Origin: an uncultured Bacteroidales bacterium
Lineage (GTDB): Bacteria; Bacteroidota; Bacteroidia; Bacteroidales; GCA-2748055
Assembly: GCA_963751705.1 (NCBI GenBank)
Contig: CAVVVN010000009.1
Coordinates: 88,697 to 152,696 of the forward strand
DNA: 64,000 bases
Direction of reading: 5' to 3'
The notes under the pieces were generated by a model. That model did no database searches, was not told the origin of the DNA, and saw only the letters and a list, made by a program, of their open reading frames with translations. This document shows positions 1 through 11,961 of this stretch, piece after piece. Within the stretch, counting starts at the first letter, position 1. Every line of letters begins with the position of its first letter. Both the position numbers and the translations under genes were made by a program.

Positions 1-30
1 TTAATACGATCCTGGTGCGCTCGCTCATGC

Positions 31-612
31 TTATGATATTGAATCTCTTAAACTATTGTAAATCATCAGACAGATCCAGGCATCTGTGGCAGCGTACCTC
101 AACTGGGCCTCACTTAAGACCTCTGCATCCCAGTTGGAAACCTGTTGCGACTTGGAGATTCGCCTGTTCAGTACGATTCCGCTAATTTTCTTTAATCCCT
201 TTTCGTCTATCCGGAAGGCCTGCACATATTGCTGAAGGTCCAGGAAACCCCTGGGCTCGAACTGGAAATCCGACCGGAGCCTTCTCAGGTCATCCTGCAG
301 CCCCAGTCCTATCTTCATGGGAATCTCACCGGAGAGCAGCTCCAGGAGCTTCCGGGGGTAACCGAGGCGGTTTACCCGGAGGATCCAGGCCCGTTCCAGG
401 GAAGCGATCTGAATTAAAGAGGTGGGATAAACCTTCCCCTTTTTAAAGGAGGGCCTGGTCTCTGTGTCAAATCCAAGGACAGTCTGCCGGGCTATATGCC
501 CTATTTCCCGTTCAAATGCTTCCGTCGAATCAATCACATATATGGGCCCTTCATACTGAATCAGCTCCAGTCCGGCCACTTCTTCCTTACTTATCTCGTT
601 CTGAAACATCAC
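31..612 (-). CDS. 3'-5' exonuclease (RNase D/WRN-exo-like DEDDy family)
   Basis: ExoI GFDTET and ExoIII YAATDA motifs, plus SNWD; 193 aa. Confidence 0.9.
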   Translation of the reverse strand: MMFQNEISKEEVAGLELIQYEGPIYVIDSTEAFEREIGHIARQTVLGFDTETRPSFKKGKVYPTSLIQIASLERAWILRVNRLGYPRKLLELLSGEIPMKIGLGLQDDLRRLRSDFQFEPRGFLDLQQYVQAFRIDEKGLKKISGIVLNRRISKSQQVSNWDAEVLSEAQLRYAATDAWICLMIYNSLRDSIS

Positions 613-1157
613 TCTTTTTCTGTTGGATCCACTCCTGAAACATACAATTCATGCAGGGCCTGCAATGCACGAAGGAGTTTGGCACCCCATTGTTCGCCAA
701 ACCGTACTTTTATCTCCCAGGCCGCATCATTCATCAACTCTTCAATTCCCAGACTGTAACTGACAGTAAAATCTTTAAGCTCCTGGTACAGGTCGGCCAG
801 ATCCTCTGAAATGGTATGATTCACCAGTTCCGAGCGGTCGAACTCCTCTTCCCCGGCCACCCGGAGAATATCATTGTAGGGACCCAGGACTCTGGCCACC
901 TTTTGAAAAAGGGCCGACCACTCCTGCTCTGTCACTGCAGGTTCAAGGCCTGACTCCAAAACCGGTTCTGTTTCCCCGATATTCAAAAATGTGGTGTAGA
1001 CCGTGGACAGATGTTTGAGCGATTCATTGATAAAAGCCCTTCCCTCGTCACTTTTTAGCTCCTCGAGGTAGCTGCAGCAAGTGTTGGCCGCCTTGACAAA
1101 GGCCACCAATTCGCTGGAGTAAACAAAGTTGTGAACCGGACTAGCTTTTTCCTGCAT
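609..1157 (-). CDS. DUF5063-like Bacteroidota protein
   Basis: Recalled motifs ISEDLADLYQELKDF and F..QWG.KLL.ALQALH; 4-bp overlap with the exonuclease start. Confidence 0.75.
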   Translation of the reverse strand: MQEKASPVHNFVYSSELVAFVKAANTCCSYLEELKSDEGRAFINESLKHLSTVYTTFLNIGETEPVLESGLEPAVTEQEWSALFQKVARVLGPYNDILRVAGEEEFDRSELVNHTISEDLADLYQELKDFTVSYSLGIEELMNDAAWEIKVRFGEQWGAKLLRALQALHELYVSGVDPTEKE

Positions 1158-1161
1158 GGGG

Positions 1162-1169
1162 CAAAGATA
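1162..1169 (-). promoter_or_regulatory. Bacteroidota sigma-A -7 box TATCTTTG, 4 nt before the ATG
   Basis: Minus strand reads TATCTTTG-CCCC-ATG, matching the TAnnTTTG consensus. Confidence 0.65.
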
Positions 1170-1194
1170 GATAAAAGAGTGAAAACCGGGCCGC

Positions 1195-3132
1195 TTAGCC
1201 CTTCCATCTGAGGCTCAGGTCCTTTCTCCGCTCAAGCTTCCCCTGGTCCACCAACCACTCTGCCACCCTGGCCACTTTCAGGGGATCCAGGCCGGTTTGT
1301 TCCACCAGCTTTTCCAGACCAAGGGGAGTCTCCAACAGCTGCTGAACCACTGCCTCTTCCGTGGCTTTAAACTCCTCACTGCCAGGCTGCAGCGGTTCCT
1401 CCTTCCGGCAGACATCGCAGCGTCCGCAGCGCGGGGCGTCCAACTCTCCAAAGTAGCTGAGCAGAAACTGGTTCCTGCAGAGTGTTTGGGAAGAAGCGTA
1501 ACGCAGCATTTCCCTGATGCGTTTCTCAAAACGGTCTTTCCTGAAATTATACCGGTCCTGGGCAATCAAGAGATTTTTATCATCCAATCTTTCCTCCAGG
1601 AAAGTAAGGACCGGGAGCTCCTTTCGCGGAAGGTAGTGAATGATCTGGCGCTTGGACAGGGTCTTGAGATAGCTGTATACTTTTTCCTGGGAAAGGCCGG
1701 AACGCCTGGACAGAGAGGACTCATCAATCTTAACAAACTGGGAAAAGAGTCCGCTGTATGAGCGGAGTAATAGTTTGATAAAGCCATCAAATTCTGCATT
1801 TTTCACCTGGAAGGTGTACAGCTCATCCCGCTCCACGTTAAATTTGATCCGCGAAGGATTATAAAAAGCATCCGTTAGAACCATATAGCCCTCCCTGGAC
1901 AGAATCTGCAGGGAGCTATGAGCCATCATGGCACTGAAGCGGTAGCGGTGAAGAAAATCCCCAAACTCAAAGTCGTATGCTTGTCCCCTGCCGCTGCCCA
2001 AAGGGACCTGCAGGTAGTTGCAAACGGCCCGGTAAACTTCACGAACCATTGGGATACCCGGAAAGTTCACTGCAATACGCTGTTCAACCACCCGCTTATC
2101 CGTCACGTTGTAAAGAAGGATGGCACTCGAGTGTTTACCATCACGGCCCACTCTTCCCGCCTCCTGAAAATAGGCCTCCGGTCCGTCCGGCAGATCCATA
2201 TGGATCACAAAGCGTACATCCGGTTTATCGATTCCCATTCCAAAAGCGTTTGTGGCCACCATGATCCGGAAGTCATCCTGCATCCATGCCTGCTGTCTTT
2301 CGTCTCTCAGGGCCTGTTTCAATCCAGCATGATAGTAGCCGGCACTAATCCCGTGCTCCGTGAGCAGCTGGGAGAGCTCCCTGCACTTTTTGCGGTTCCT
2401 GGTATAGACGATGCCGCAGCCCGCCAGCTCCCCTGCAAGCTTCAGCAGTTCCCTGGGTTTATCCTCGGTGGTTTTCACCAGGTAATCCAGGTTCTCCCGG
2501 TCAAAACTAAGCTGTTTCAGATTAGGCTGCCTGAAATCCAGGCGATCCTGGATATCCACGCATACTTCCGGGGTGGCTGTGGCAGTAAGGGCCAGAACCG
2601 GAACCTCCTCCAGTACCTCCCTGAGGGCACTGATCTCCAGGTAAGAGGGCCTGAAATCATACCCCCACTGGGAGATGCAGTGGGCCTCATCCACCGCAAT
2701 CAGATTCACGTTCATATCCCTTACCCTGGTACGGAATAAAGGGGTGCTCAGGCGTTCGGGAGAAACATAGAGGAATTTATACCCCCCGTAGACACAGTTG
2801 TTCAGTGCAATATCTATTTCATAGGTGCTCATGCCGGAATGGATGGCAAGCGCTTTGATTTTCCGCCCTTGCAGCTGGGCCACCTGGTCCTTCATCAAAG
2901 CAATCAGGGGAGTAATGACGATGCAGATGCCCTCCATGACCAGTGCCGGAACCTGAAAGGTTAGAGACTTCCCTCCCCCCGTGGGCATAAGGGCCAGAGT
3001 ATCTCTTCCGGAAAGGATGGAAAGGATGATCTCTTCCTGCAGGGGACGGAATTTTTCAAAGCCCCAGAAGGCTGCTAAAATCCGGCGAATTTCCTCGAGA
3101 TCTGCTAAGCTTTTTTTTTGTAATTTTGCCAC
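1195..3132 (-). CDS. recQ: RecQ-family ATP-dependent DNA helicase (start uncertain)
   Basis: MPTGGGKS, VDEAHCISQWGYDFRP, ALTATA, ATNAFGMGIDK, QEAGRVGRDG and the Zn motif CR...CGRCDVC; start placed at GTG 3132. Confidence 0.9.
   Translation of the reverse strand: MAKLQKKSLADLEEIRRILAAFWGFEKFRPLQEEIILSILSGRDTLALMPTGGGKSLTFQVPALVMEGICIVITPLIALMKDQVAQLQGRKIKALAIHSGMSTYEIDIALNNCVYGGYKFLYVSPERLSTPLFRTRVRDMNVNLIAVDEAHCISQWGYDFRPSYLEISALREVLEEVPVLALTATATPEVCVDIQDRLDFRQPNLKQLSFDRENLDYLVKTTEDKPRELLKLAGELAGCGIVYTRNRKKCRELSQLLTEHGISAGYYHAGLKQALRDERQQAWMQDDFRIMVATNAFGMGIDKPDVRFVIHMDLPDGPEAYFQEAGRVGRDGKHSSAILLYNVTDKRVVEQRIAVNFPGIPMVREVYRAVCNYLQVPLGSGRGQAYDFEFGDFLHRYRFSAMMAHSSLQILSREGYMVLTDAFYNPSRIKFNVERDELYTFQVKNAEFDGFIKLLLRSYSGLFSQFVKIDESSLSRRSGLSQEKVYSYLKTLSKRQIIHYLPRKELPVLTFLEERLDDKNLLIAQDRYNFRKDRFEKRIREMLRYASSQTLCRNQFLLSYFGELDAPRCGRCDVCRKEEPLQPGSEEFKATEEAVVQQLLETPLGLEKLVEQTGLDPLKVARVAEWLVDQGKLERRKDLSLRWKG
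3121..3128 (+). promoter_or_regulatory. -7 promoter box TAATTTTG for the guaB operon
   Basis: Exact TAnnTTTG match 31 nt upstream of the guaB ATG. Confidence 0.65.
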
Positions 3133-3144
3133 ATTTAAAAATAA

Positions 3145-4629
<1,485 letters not shown>

Positions 4630-4673
4630 TATATAGATCTATCACCCGTTCTATACTAAACAATTTTGACCAC

Positions 4674-6629
4674 ATGAAACATAGTATGCTCTTGATGATC
4701 TTTGTTCTGTTTTTAGGAACAATAGTTTTTGGACAGGCCTCACCTGTACTATTAAGGATTGGGGATGAAGAGATAAGCCTGGAGGAGTTTGAAAGGATCT
4801 ACCGGAAAAACAACAATGAATCCTCGCTGAACAGGCAGGCTCCCGAGGACTACCTGGAGCTCTTTATAAATTTCAAGCTCAAGGTGAAAGAAGCCGAGGC
4901 GCTGGGGATGGATACCACCACTAAATTTGTGAATGAACTGGAAGGCTACCGGAAACAGCTGGCCAAACCCTACCTGGTAGATGAGAAAACCATGGAAGCG
5001 ATGATGCGGGAGGCTTACGAATGGTCCAAATACGATATTCATGCCAGTCATATCCTGATCCGCTTAAACGAAAGTCCATCTCCGGAAGATACTCTGGCAG
5101 CTTATGAAAAGATCATGGAAATCAGGAACAGGCTTAGCAGCGGTGAAGCTTTTGAAGTGGTTGCCAGGGCCACCTCCGAAGATGCCACCGTGCAGCAAAA
5201 CGGAGGAGACCTGAACTATTTTACTGTTTTTTCCATGGTTTATCCCTTCGAAAAAGCGGCATATAACACTCCCGTGGGTCAGATAAGCATGCCCTTCCGT
5301 ACCAACTATGGATACCACATTATCAAGGTGCATGATAAGAGGCCGGCACGCGGATCCGTTAAAGTGGCACATATTTTTATACGAACACCTGCCAATATCG
5401 GGGAAGAGCAGAAAAAACAGGCCTATGAACGGGTCCAGATGGTGTATGACAGCCTGCAGATGAGTGTGGAGTTTGGGGAGTTGGCCAAAAATCATTCGGA
5501 CGACAGGAGCTCAGCCAGATCGGGAGGGGAAATCCCCTGGTTCGGTACCGGACGGATGATCCCTGAATTTGAGAATGCGGCTTTTTCCCTTGAAAAGACC
5601 GGGGACTACTCCCGGCCATTTAAATCTTCCTACGGATGGCATATTGTCAAATTGATTGACAAAAAGGGGATTGGAAGTTATGAGGAGATGAAACCCGAGT
5701 TACAGCAGAAATGCGATCGAAGCGATCGGAATTCAGCCAGGACAGATCAGTTTATCTCCTCCCTGAAGCGGCAGTATTCTTACAGGGAGCATCCTGAAAA
5801 CCTCCAGGCAATCTACCTGGCCGTGGATTCCTCCCTAAGACTGGGCACCTGGAAAGCCGGTGCTTTAAAGAGACAGAACAGCCCCCTACTTAAGATCGGC
5901 GAAAAAGAGGTCCTGACGGGCGAATTTGCATCCTATGTGGAAGAGAAGCAATACCATGGAAAAGCCAGAGATCCGAAAGTCTGGGTGGATCAGCTCTATA
6001 AAAGCTTTTCAGACGAGCTTGTCCTTGCCTATGAAGAGCAGAAATTGCCTGAAAAATACCCGGATTTCAGGTATATATATGAAGAGTACCATGATGGAAT
6101 CCTGCTATTCGACATCATGGATCAAAAAGTCTGGTCATTGGCTCTTACGGATACCCTGGGGCTGGAGGCTTTTCACAGGGAACACCGCAAACAATACATG
6201 TGGAAAGAGCGCACAGATGCCTATATTGTGGAGTGCACCGGCCAGGCAGATCTGGATGGAATCAGGCGCGCCTACAAGAAAATTGCCAAAGGCAAACTGG
6301 ATCAGGAGGCCCTGAATGAGAAGTATTGCAGCTCGGATACCATCCCCTGTATTGTTCTGACACACTACCTTGTTGAAAAAGGGGAGAATGAGATGATTGA
6401 TGCACAGGATGGAAAAAGTGGCCCCGGAGCCCTTGTTGAAGAGGGAGAGAACAGTACCTTTGTGATCGTAAAAGGAGTCCGGTCGCCCGAACCCAAGAAA
6501 CTGGATGAGGCACGCGGTCAGATTACTTCGGATTACCAGGAATACCTGGAAGCAGAATGGCTGAAAGCACTGAAGGCCAAGTACCCGGTTACCGTGAACC
6601 AGGAAGTACTGAAACAAATAAACCGATAG
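4674..6629 (+). CDS. Periplasmic parvulin-type peptidylprolyl isomerase (two PPIase domains)
   Basis: Signal peptide; HASHILI, GGDL, YGYHII, VKVAHIF and GWHIV motifs. Confidence 0.88.
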   Translation: MKHSMLLMIFVLFLGTIVFGQASPVLLRIGDEEISLEEFERIYRKNNNESSLNRQAPEDYLELFINFKLKVKEAEALGMDTTTKFVNELEGYRKQLAKPYLVDEKTMEAMMREAYEWSKYDIHASHILIRLNESPSPEDTLAAYEKIMEIRNRLSSGEAFEVVARATSEDATVQQNGGDLNYFTVFSMVYPFEKAAYNTPVGQISMPFRTNYGYHIIKVHDKRPARGSVKVAHIFIRTPANIGEEQKKQAYERVQMVYDSLQMSVEFGELAKNHSDDRSSARSGGEIPWFGTGRMIPEFENAAFSLEKTGDYSRPFKSSYGWHIVKLIDKKGIGSYEEMKPELQQKCDRSDRNSARTDQFISSLKRQYSYREHPENLQAIYLAVDSSLRLGTWKAGALKRQNSPLLKIGEKEVLTGEFASYVEEKQYHGKARDPKVWVDQLYKSFSDELVLAYEEQKLPEKYPDFRYIYEEYHDGILLFDIMDQKVWSLALTDTLGLEAFHREHRKQYMWKERTDAYIVECTGQADLDGIRRAYKKIAKGKLDQEALNEKYCSSDTIPCIVLTHYLVEKGENEMIDAQDGKSGPGALVEEGENSTFVIVKGVRSPEPKKLDEARGQITSDYQEYLEAEWLKALKAKYPVTVNQEVLKQINR

Positions 6630-6631
6630 GT

Positions 6632-7480
6632 ATGAGAAGCCTTACAGCTTGTTTAATGCTCATTTTTTTCCTGGGCCAGGGCTGCACCCTGTTCAAGGAA
6701 AGCAACCCGGAGGAGCCGGTTGCCCGGGCATTCGAAACCTACCTCTACCCTTCTGACCTGCAAAAAGTAATTCCCTCAGGGACCAATGCACAGGACAGTA
6801 TTCAAATGGCGAAGCGCTACACGGAGACCTGGGTAAAAGATCAGCTGATGAAGCACAGAGCCGAAGAGTCCCTTACGGAAGAGCAGATGGATTTCGAAAA
6901 ACAGATGGAAGAGTACTATCGCTCCCTGTTGATATACACCTACCGTCAGAAACTGCTTCAGCAAAAAATGGATACCGTAGTGAAAGAAAGTGAGATGCAA
7001 GCCTATTACGAGGAGAATCCCAACAACTTCCTGCTGGACCGGAACATCATCAAAGGCACCTTTGTAAAAATCCCCCTTTCAGCTCCTCAACTGGATCAGC
7101 TCAGACGCTGGTCATGGAATAACCGTCCGGAGGACCTGGATCAGATGGAAAACTATTGTCTGACCTATGCAGAGAAATACAGCAATTTTAATGATACATG
7201 GGTGGATTTCGCCTCCATTAAAGATCAGTTGCCCATGAGGATCTCAGATCCGGAGAGATACCTGAGGAGCTACCGCAATATTGAAAGAACCGATTCACTC
7301 TACAGGTACCTGGTGCATTTTAGCGAATACCTCACCGTAGGTGAAGTGGCTCCGTTGGAGATGGTTCAGGAAGACATTATCACTATTATTCTGAATAAGA
7401 GAAAAATACAATTCATAAAGGAGCTGGAGCACCGGGTATATACCGATGGGGTAAGCAAAAACCAGTTTGAAATATACTGA
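6632..7480 (+). CDS. PPIase-associated lipoprotein (conserved in the guaB-surA cluster)
   Basis: ATG at 6632 gives signal/lipobox MRSLTACLMLIFFLGQGC; VARAFETYLY and IILNKRK motifs; synteny. Confidence 0.75.
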   Translation: MRSLTACLMLIFFLGQGCTLFKESNPEEPVARAFETYLYPSDLQKVIPSGTNAQDSIQMAKRYTETWVKDQLMKHRAEESLTEEQMDFEKQMEEYYRSLLIYTYRQKLLQQKMDTVVKESEMQAYYEENPNNFLLDRNIIKGTFVKIPLSAPQLDQLRRWSWNNRPEDLDQMENYCLTYAEKYSNFNDTWVDFASIKDQLPMRISDPERYLRSYRNIERTDSLYRYLVHFSEYLTVGEVAPLEMVQEDIITIILNKRKIQFIKELEHRVYTDGVSKNQFEIY

Positions 7481-7484
7481 TACG

Positions 7485-8825
7485 ATGATGAGAAAAAGAG
7501 TTTTTATATTGCTGGGGACACTCCTGTCTTTTAATGCCATGGCCCAGCCACTGGTTATTGACAGGGTGATCGGGGTTGTGGGTGATTTTCATATCCTCCA
7601 GTCAGATATTGAGCAGGAATTCCTGCAGATGAAAATGTCGGGACAGTCTTTAAGCAGTGATATTCGCTGCGATATCTACAATAGTTTTATTGAACGGAAG
7701 CTTCTGATGGCCCAGGCCAAAATAGATAGTGTGGAGGTTGGACCAAGCATGGTGGAGCTGCAGATGGAGTCCCGGCTTGACTATTTCGTCAGTCAGTTTG
7801 GAAGCGAGGAGGAGATGGAGTCCTATTTCAACAAATCCATCTTTGATATCAAGGACGATCTGCGAGAAGCAATCCAGGAACAGATGATCACCCAGGAAGT
7901 AAGTCAGAGCATTATTGCAGATGTTACCACCACTCCTTCCGATGTGAAAAGCTTCTACCGGTCCCTGGATCCCGATAGCATCCCCTATATCAATACCGAG
8001 GTGGAGCTGGCACAGATAGTGGCCTATCCCCAATACAGTGAAGAAGCCGTTTTTGAGGTAAAAGAGAGGCTGCTTGAACTGCGAAAGCGTGTTCAGGAGG
8101 GAGAAGATTTCGGGACACTGGCGGTTCTCTATTCAGAAGCACCCGAAGCTGCCCGCAGGGGAGAAATAGGATTTATGATGCGCTCTCAGCTGGATAAAGC
8201 TTATGCCGATGAAGCCTGGTCCCTGAAAGCAGGACAGGTTTCTAAAATAGTGGAAAGCTCTTTTGGCTTTCACATCATACAAATGATTGAACGAAGGGGC
8301 GACCGGGCCAATACCAGGCATATTTTGATGAATCCGAAAGCCGACGCCAATGCCAAGCAGCTGGCCATAGCGAAAATGGACAGCCTGAAACGGGTGATCG
8401 AAGCCGACTCCATCTCCTTCGACTGGGCTGCCAAACGTTACTCCGAGGATCCGAAGACAAGTGTTAACGGAGGATTGCTTGTGAATCCGCAGACCCAGGC
8501 CTCCACCTTTGAACTGGACCAGCTACCCACCAAGGATTACTATATGATCCGGAACATGGAGGTGAATGATCTGAGTGAACCCTATGAGTCCACCGACCAC
8601 AATCACAAGCTCTGTTATAAAATGCTCTTGTTGAAGTCCAGAACCGAGCCGCATCGTGCCAATCTCAAGCAGGACTATATGCTACTGCAAAATATGGCCC
8701 TGGCCCATAAAAACATGGAAGTGATAAACGCATGGTATGAGGAAAAGAAAGCATCCACCTATATCCGAATAGATCCCGCTTACAGTAATTGCAGTACATC
8801 CGGCCAGTTGAGCAGTCAGAAATGA
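7485..8825 (+). CDS. surA: SurA-like peptidylprolyl isomerase/chaperone
   Basis: Signal peptide; IDRVIGVVG..IL.SD N-domain; FGFHIIQ and TRHIL parvulin motifs. Confidence 0.85.
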   Translation: MMRKRVFILLGTLLSFNAMAQPLVIDRVIGVVGDFHILQSDIEQEFLQMKMSGQSLSSDIRCDIYNSFIERKLLMAQAKIDSVEVGPSMVELQMESRLDYFVSQFGSEEEMESYFNKSIFDIKDDLREAIQEQMITQEVSQSIIADVTTTPSDVKSFYRSLDPDSIPYINTEVELAQIVAYPQYSEEAVFEVKERLLELRKRVQEGEDFGTLAVLYSEAPEAARRGEIGFMMRSQLDKAYADEAWSLKAGQVSKIVESSFGFHIIQMIERRGDRANTRHILMNPKADANAKQLAIAKMDSLKRVIEADSISFDWAAKRYSEDPKTSVNGGLLVNPQTQASTFELDQLPTKDYYMIRNMEVNDLSEPYESTDHNHKLCYKMLLLKSRTEPHRANLKQDYMLLQNMALAHKNMEVINAWYEEKKASTYIRIDPAYSNCSTSGQLSSQK

Positions 8826-10348
8826 GCTCTGCCCGGCATAAGCGATCCCTGGCCCCCAGCCTGCTGTTGCTTTGTTTACTGGCTCCCGCCTCACCGGTGT
8901 GGGGACAGACCACCATTGATATCCTGAACGCTGACCTCACCGCCTTCGACGTAAAGATCGGGAAAGATGCCCGGAAACTGATCGGCGATGTGCGGCTCAA
9001 ACATGAAGATGTGGTGATGAGCTGCGATTCAGCTTATTTCTATCCGGCCACCACCTCCGTGGATGCCTTCAGCAATGTAAGGGTACAGCAGGCCGACACC
9101 CTGACACTGACCGGCGATCTGGCCTATTACAACGGGATTACCAAACTTGCCCGGGTCAGGAACAATGTGAAGCTGGTAAATAAAGATATTACCCTGCTTA
9201 CCGATTCCCTTAATTATAACCGCAATGCGGGTATCGCCTACTACATGGGAGGCGGGATTCTTACCCAGCGGGACAGCAGGCTCACCAGTGGCAGGGGCCG
9301 TTTTATCCTGGATAAGGAAATATTCTATTTTATGGATTCGGTGGTAATTATTAATCCCGACTACACCATCTATACCGACAGCATGAAGTATGATACCCGG
9401 ACGGAGATCTCCTACTTCAGCGGTCCCACTGAGATCACCGGGGAAGGGCGCTATATCTATTGCGAGAACGGATGGTATGATACCAAACAGGATATCTCCT
9501 ACGTAAGCGATAATGCCTACATGGAAGAGGGAGGCCGGATCCTCCGGGGAGATACCCTTTATTACGAGGCAGAACTGGGATTTGGAAGGGCCAACTCCAA
9601 TGTGGAGCTGATCGACACTGCCGAGAATATGACCTTGAAAGGTCATTTTGGCCTCTACTACAGCGAACAGGAAACGGCCATGGTCACAGACAGCGCCCTG
9701 ATGATACAGATTGATGGTGCCGATACCATGTATGTTCATGCGGATACCCTGTTCTCCATGCAGAATCCAGAATTTGAGGAGCAGAGCAGAATCCTGAAGG
9801 CCTATTATAAAGTAAAAATATTCCGCAGTGATCTGCAGGTCATGTGCGATTCACTGGTCTATGTGGAAGCCGACAGCCTCTTTGATTTTTTTGGGGAACC
9901 GGTGCTCTGGTCCGACCAGAATCAGCTGACCTCCAATCATATGAGTATATATATGGTAGACCAGAAACTGGATCGAATGCTCTTAAGCGGGGTAGCTCTT
10001 GTAGCTTCCCAGAAAGATTCTACAAAATACGATCAGATGAGAGGAAAAGAGATGACCGGCTTCTTTGTGGATAATAAACTGGACAGGCTTCTGGTGACTG
10101 GAAACGGTCAGACCATTTATTATGCCACGGACGAGGACGTCATCGTGGGTGCCAATAAAACGGTTTGTTCAGATCTGACCATCTACCTGAAAGACAATCA
10201 GATTTCGAGGGTGGTATATACCACACAACCTGATGGCACCTATTATCCACTGGAAAGGTTCCCCCCCGAGGAGGCACTTCTGAGTGATTTCAAATGGCTT
10301 GAGAAATGGCGCCCCCTGCGCTGGGAGGATGTTTTTGTGTGGAAATAG
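8822..10348 (+). CDS. OstA-like (LptA/LptD N-terminal beta-jellyroll repeat) protein
   Basis: Repeated CDSA/TDSL/DTL beta motifs; signal peptide; ATGA overlap with surA. Confidence 0.8.
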   Translation: MSSARHKRSLAPSLLLLCLLAPASPVWGQTTIDILNADLTAFDVKIGKDARKLIGDVRLKHEDVVMSCDSAYFYPATTSVDAFSNVRVQQADTLTLTGDLAYYNGITKLARVRNNVKLVNKDITLLTDSLNYNRNAGIAYYMGGGILTQRDSRLTSGRGRFILDKEIFYFMDSVVIINPDYTIYTDSMKYDTRTEISYFSGPTEITGEGRYIYCENGWYDTKQDISYVSDNAYMEEGGRILRGDTLYYEAELGFGRANSNVELIDTAENMTLKGHFGLYYSEQETAMVTDSALMIQIDGADTMYVHADTLFSMQNPEFEEQSRILKAYYKVKIFRSDLQVMCDSLVYVEADSLFDFFGEPVLWSDQNQLTSNHMSIYMVDQKLDRMLLSGVALVASQKDSTKYDQMRGKEMTGFFVDNKLDRLLVTGNGQTIYYATDEDVIVGANKTVCSDLTIYLKDNQISRVVYTTQPDGTYYPLERFPPEEALLSDFKWLEKWRPLRWEDVFVWK

Positions 10349-10365
10349 AAAGAGAAAAGACAGTA

Positions 10366-10587
10366 TTAGTACTCATCCTCGTTAAAAAAGAAATCGTCCT
10401 TGCTGGGATAATCGGGCCAGATATCTTCAATACTCTCATAGACATCTCCCTCATCTTCGATCTCCTGCAGGTTTTCAATAACTTCCATGGGAGCACCTGA
10501 TCTGATTGCAAAATCAATCAACTCATCCTTGGTGGCAGGCCACGGTGCATCTTCAAGTTTCGAAGCTAATTCCAGAGTCCAGTACAT
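10366..10587 (-). CDS. DUF2795 family small acidic protein
   Basis: Highly conserved MYWTLELASKLEDAPWPATKDELID sequence. Confidence 0.92.
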   Translation of the reverse strand: MYWTLELASKLEDAPWPATKDELIDFAIRSGAPMEVIENLQEIEDEGDVYESIEDIWPDYPSKDDFFFNEDEY

Positions 10588-10625
10588 CTAAGTTTTCAAT
10601 TATATTAAACCGCCTTTAGGAGCGG

Positions 10626-10633
10626 CAAATTTA
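10626..10633 (-). promoter_or_regulatory. -7 promoter box TAAATTTG for the DUF2795 gene
   Basis: Exact TAnnTTTG match on the minus strand. Confidence 0.6.
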
Positions 10634-10649
10634 AAAAAAAAATCTATTC

Positions 10650-11207
10650 CTACAAGCCTGGATTCCAAGGTTCCTGTTTGACGCCTGAAAGCTGTGCAAT
10701 TTTACGGGAAAGTACGAAAAAATAATCGGAAAGTCGATTGTAAAAACGAATTATATCTTCCTGGATATTAACATCTTGGGCAAGTTTCAGAATGGTCCGC
10801 TCGCATCGCCTGCAAACCGTCCGGGCGATGTGTGCCTGGGACACGCTTTGGTTACCTCCCGGAATAATAAATGAGCGCAGTGGTTCCATGGAAGCATCCA
10901 TTTCGTCAATTCTTTCTTCAAGAAAGGTCACCTGTTTGTCACCCACTACCGGTATCTCCACAGGGCAATCATCACAATCGGCAGCCAGCACCGAGGCGGT
11001 GGCCATCTGGATATTCAGAATACTAAGCAGCTCTTCCCGGATCTGTTCATCCTGCAACAGATCCCGCAACATAGTGGTGTGGGCCATTAGCTCATCTACT
11101 GTACCATAAGCTTCGATGCGTTTATGGTACTTGGGTACACGCCTGCCTCCAATAAGGGAAGTTTTGCCCTTATCGCCTCCTTTGGTATAAATGCCTGATT
11201 TTTTTAT
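10650..11207 (-). CDS. pduO: Cob(I)yrinic acid a,c-diamide adenosyltransferase (PduO type), probable ATA start
   Basis: Frame extends upstream of the listed ORF: (I)[20 protein letters not shown]...AYGTVDEL; also [16 protein letters not shown] and NRLSDYFF motifs. Confidence 0.9.
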   Translation of the reverse strand: MKKSGIYTKGGDKGKTSLIGGRRVPKYHKRIEAYGTVDELMAHTTMLRDLLQDEQIREELLSILNIQMATASVLAADCDDCPVEIPVVGDKQVTFLEERIDEMDASMEPLRSFIIPGGNQSVSQAHIARTVCRRCERTILKLAQDVNIQEDIIRFYNRLSDYFFVLSRKIAQLSGVKQEPWNPGL

Positions 11208-11902
11208 GTCCTGGGATTCTTATTGATTTCAATCTTGTCGATCTCTCCATCCAGCAGGCGGATTATCCGGTGGGCATACCGGGAGATGTCCTCCTCATGA
11301 GTTACCAGAATAATGGTATTTCCCTTTTCATGGATCTGACCGAACAGCTTCATGATATCCACCGAAGTCTTTGAATCCAGGTTTCCCGTGGGTTCGTCGG
11401 CCAGGATAATAGACGGATTGTTCACCAGTGCCCGGGCCACGGCCACCCGCTGCCTCTGTCCACCCGATAACTCATTGGGCTTGTGATCCATCCGGTCGGC
11501 CAGCCCCACTTCGCCAAGTGTTTTAGTTGCCCTCTCCGTCCGTTCGCTCTTGGAAGTGCCTGCATAGACCAGCGGCAGCATCACATTCTCCAGGGCAGTA
11601 TATCTTGGAAGCAGGTTAAAGGTCTGGAAAATAAACCCTATCTCCTGGTTCCGGATCTCGGCCAGCCTGTTGTCGTCCATCTTACTCACATCGGTTCCAT
11701 TCAGGATATACTCCCCGCTTGTGGGGGTATCCAGGGCTCCCACCAGATTCATCAGGGTCGATTTCCCGGAACCTGAGGGTCCCATAATGGCCACGTACTC
11801 ATTTTTCTTGATATCAATATCCACAGATCGAAGTGCCTTCACGACAATCGACCCTATATAGTAGTTCTTGACAATTTTATCCAGACTGATAATTGTTTCC
11901 AT
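11204..11902 (-). CDS. ABC transporter ATP-binding protein (LolD/MacB-like)
   Basis: Walker [31 protein letters not shown]. Confidence 0.93.
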   Translation of the reverse strand: METIISLDKIVKNYYIGSIVVKALRSVDIDIKKNEYVAIMGPSGSGKSTLMNLVGALDTPTSGEYILNGTDVSKMDDNRLAEIRNQEIGFIFQTFNLLPRYTALENVMLPLVYAGTSKSERTERATKTLGEVGLADRMDHKPNELSGGQRQRVAVARALVNNPSIILADEPTGNLDSKTSVDIMKLFGQIHEKGNTIILVTHEEDISRYAHRIIRLLDGEIDKIEINKNPRT

Positions 11903-11961
11903 ATTTAAATAAATTGTAGACGAAAATACATATTAATAAGAAGATTTATTCCATAAAAGGT

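Noticed and set aside
1918-2739. 273-aa plus-strand ORF
   Set aside because: Antisense to the recQ helicase core.
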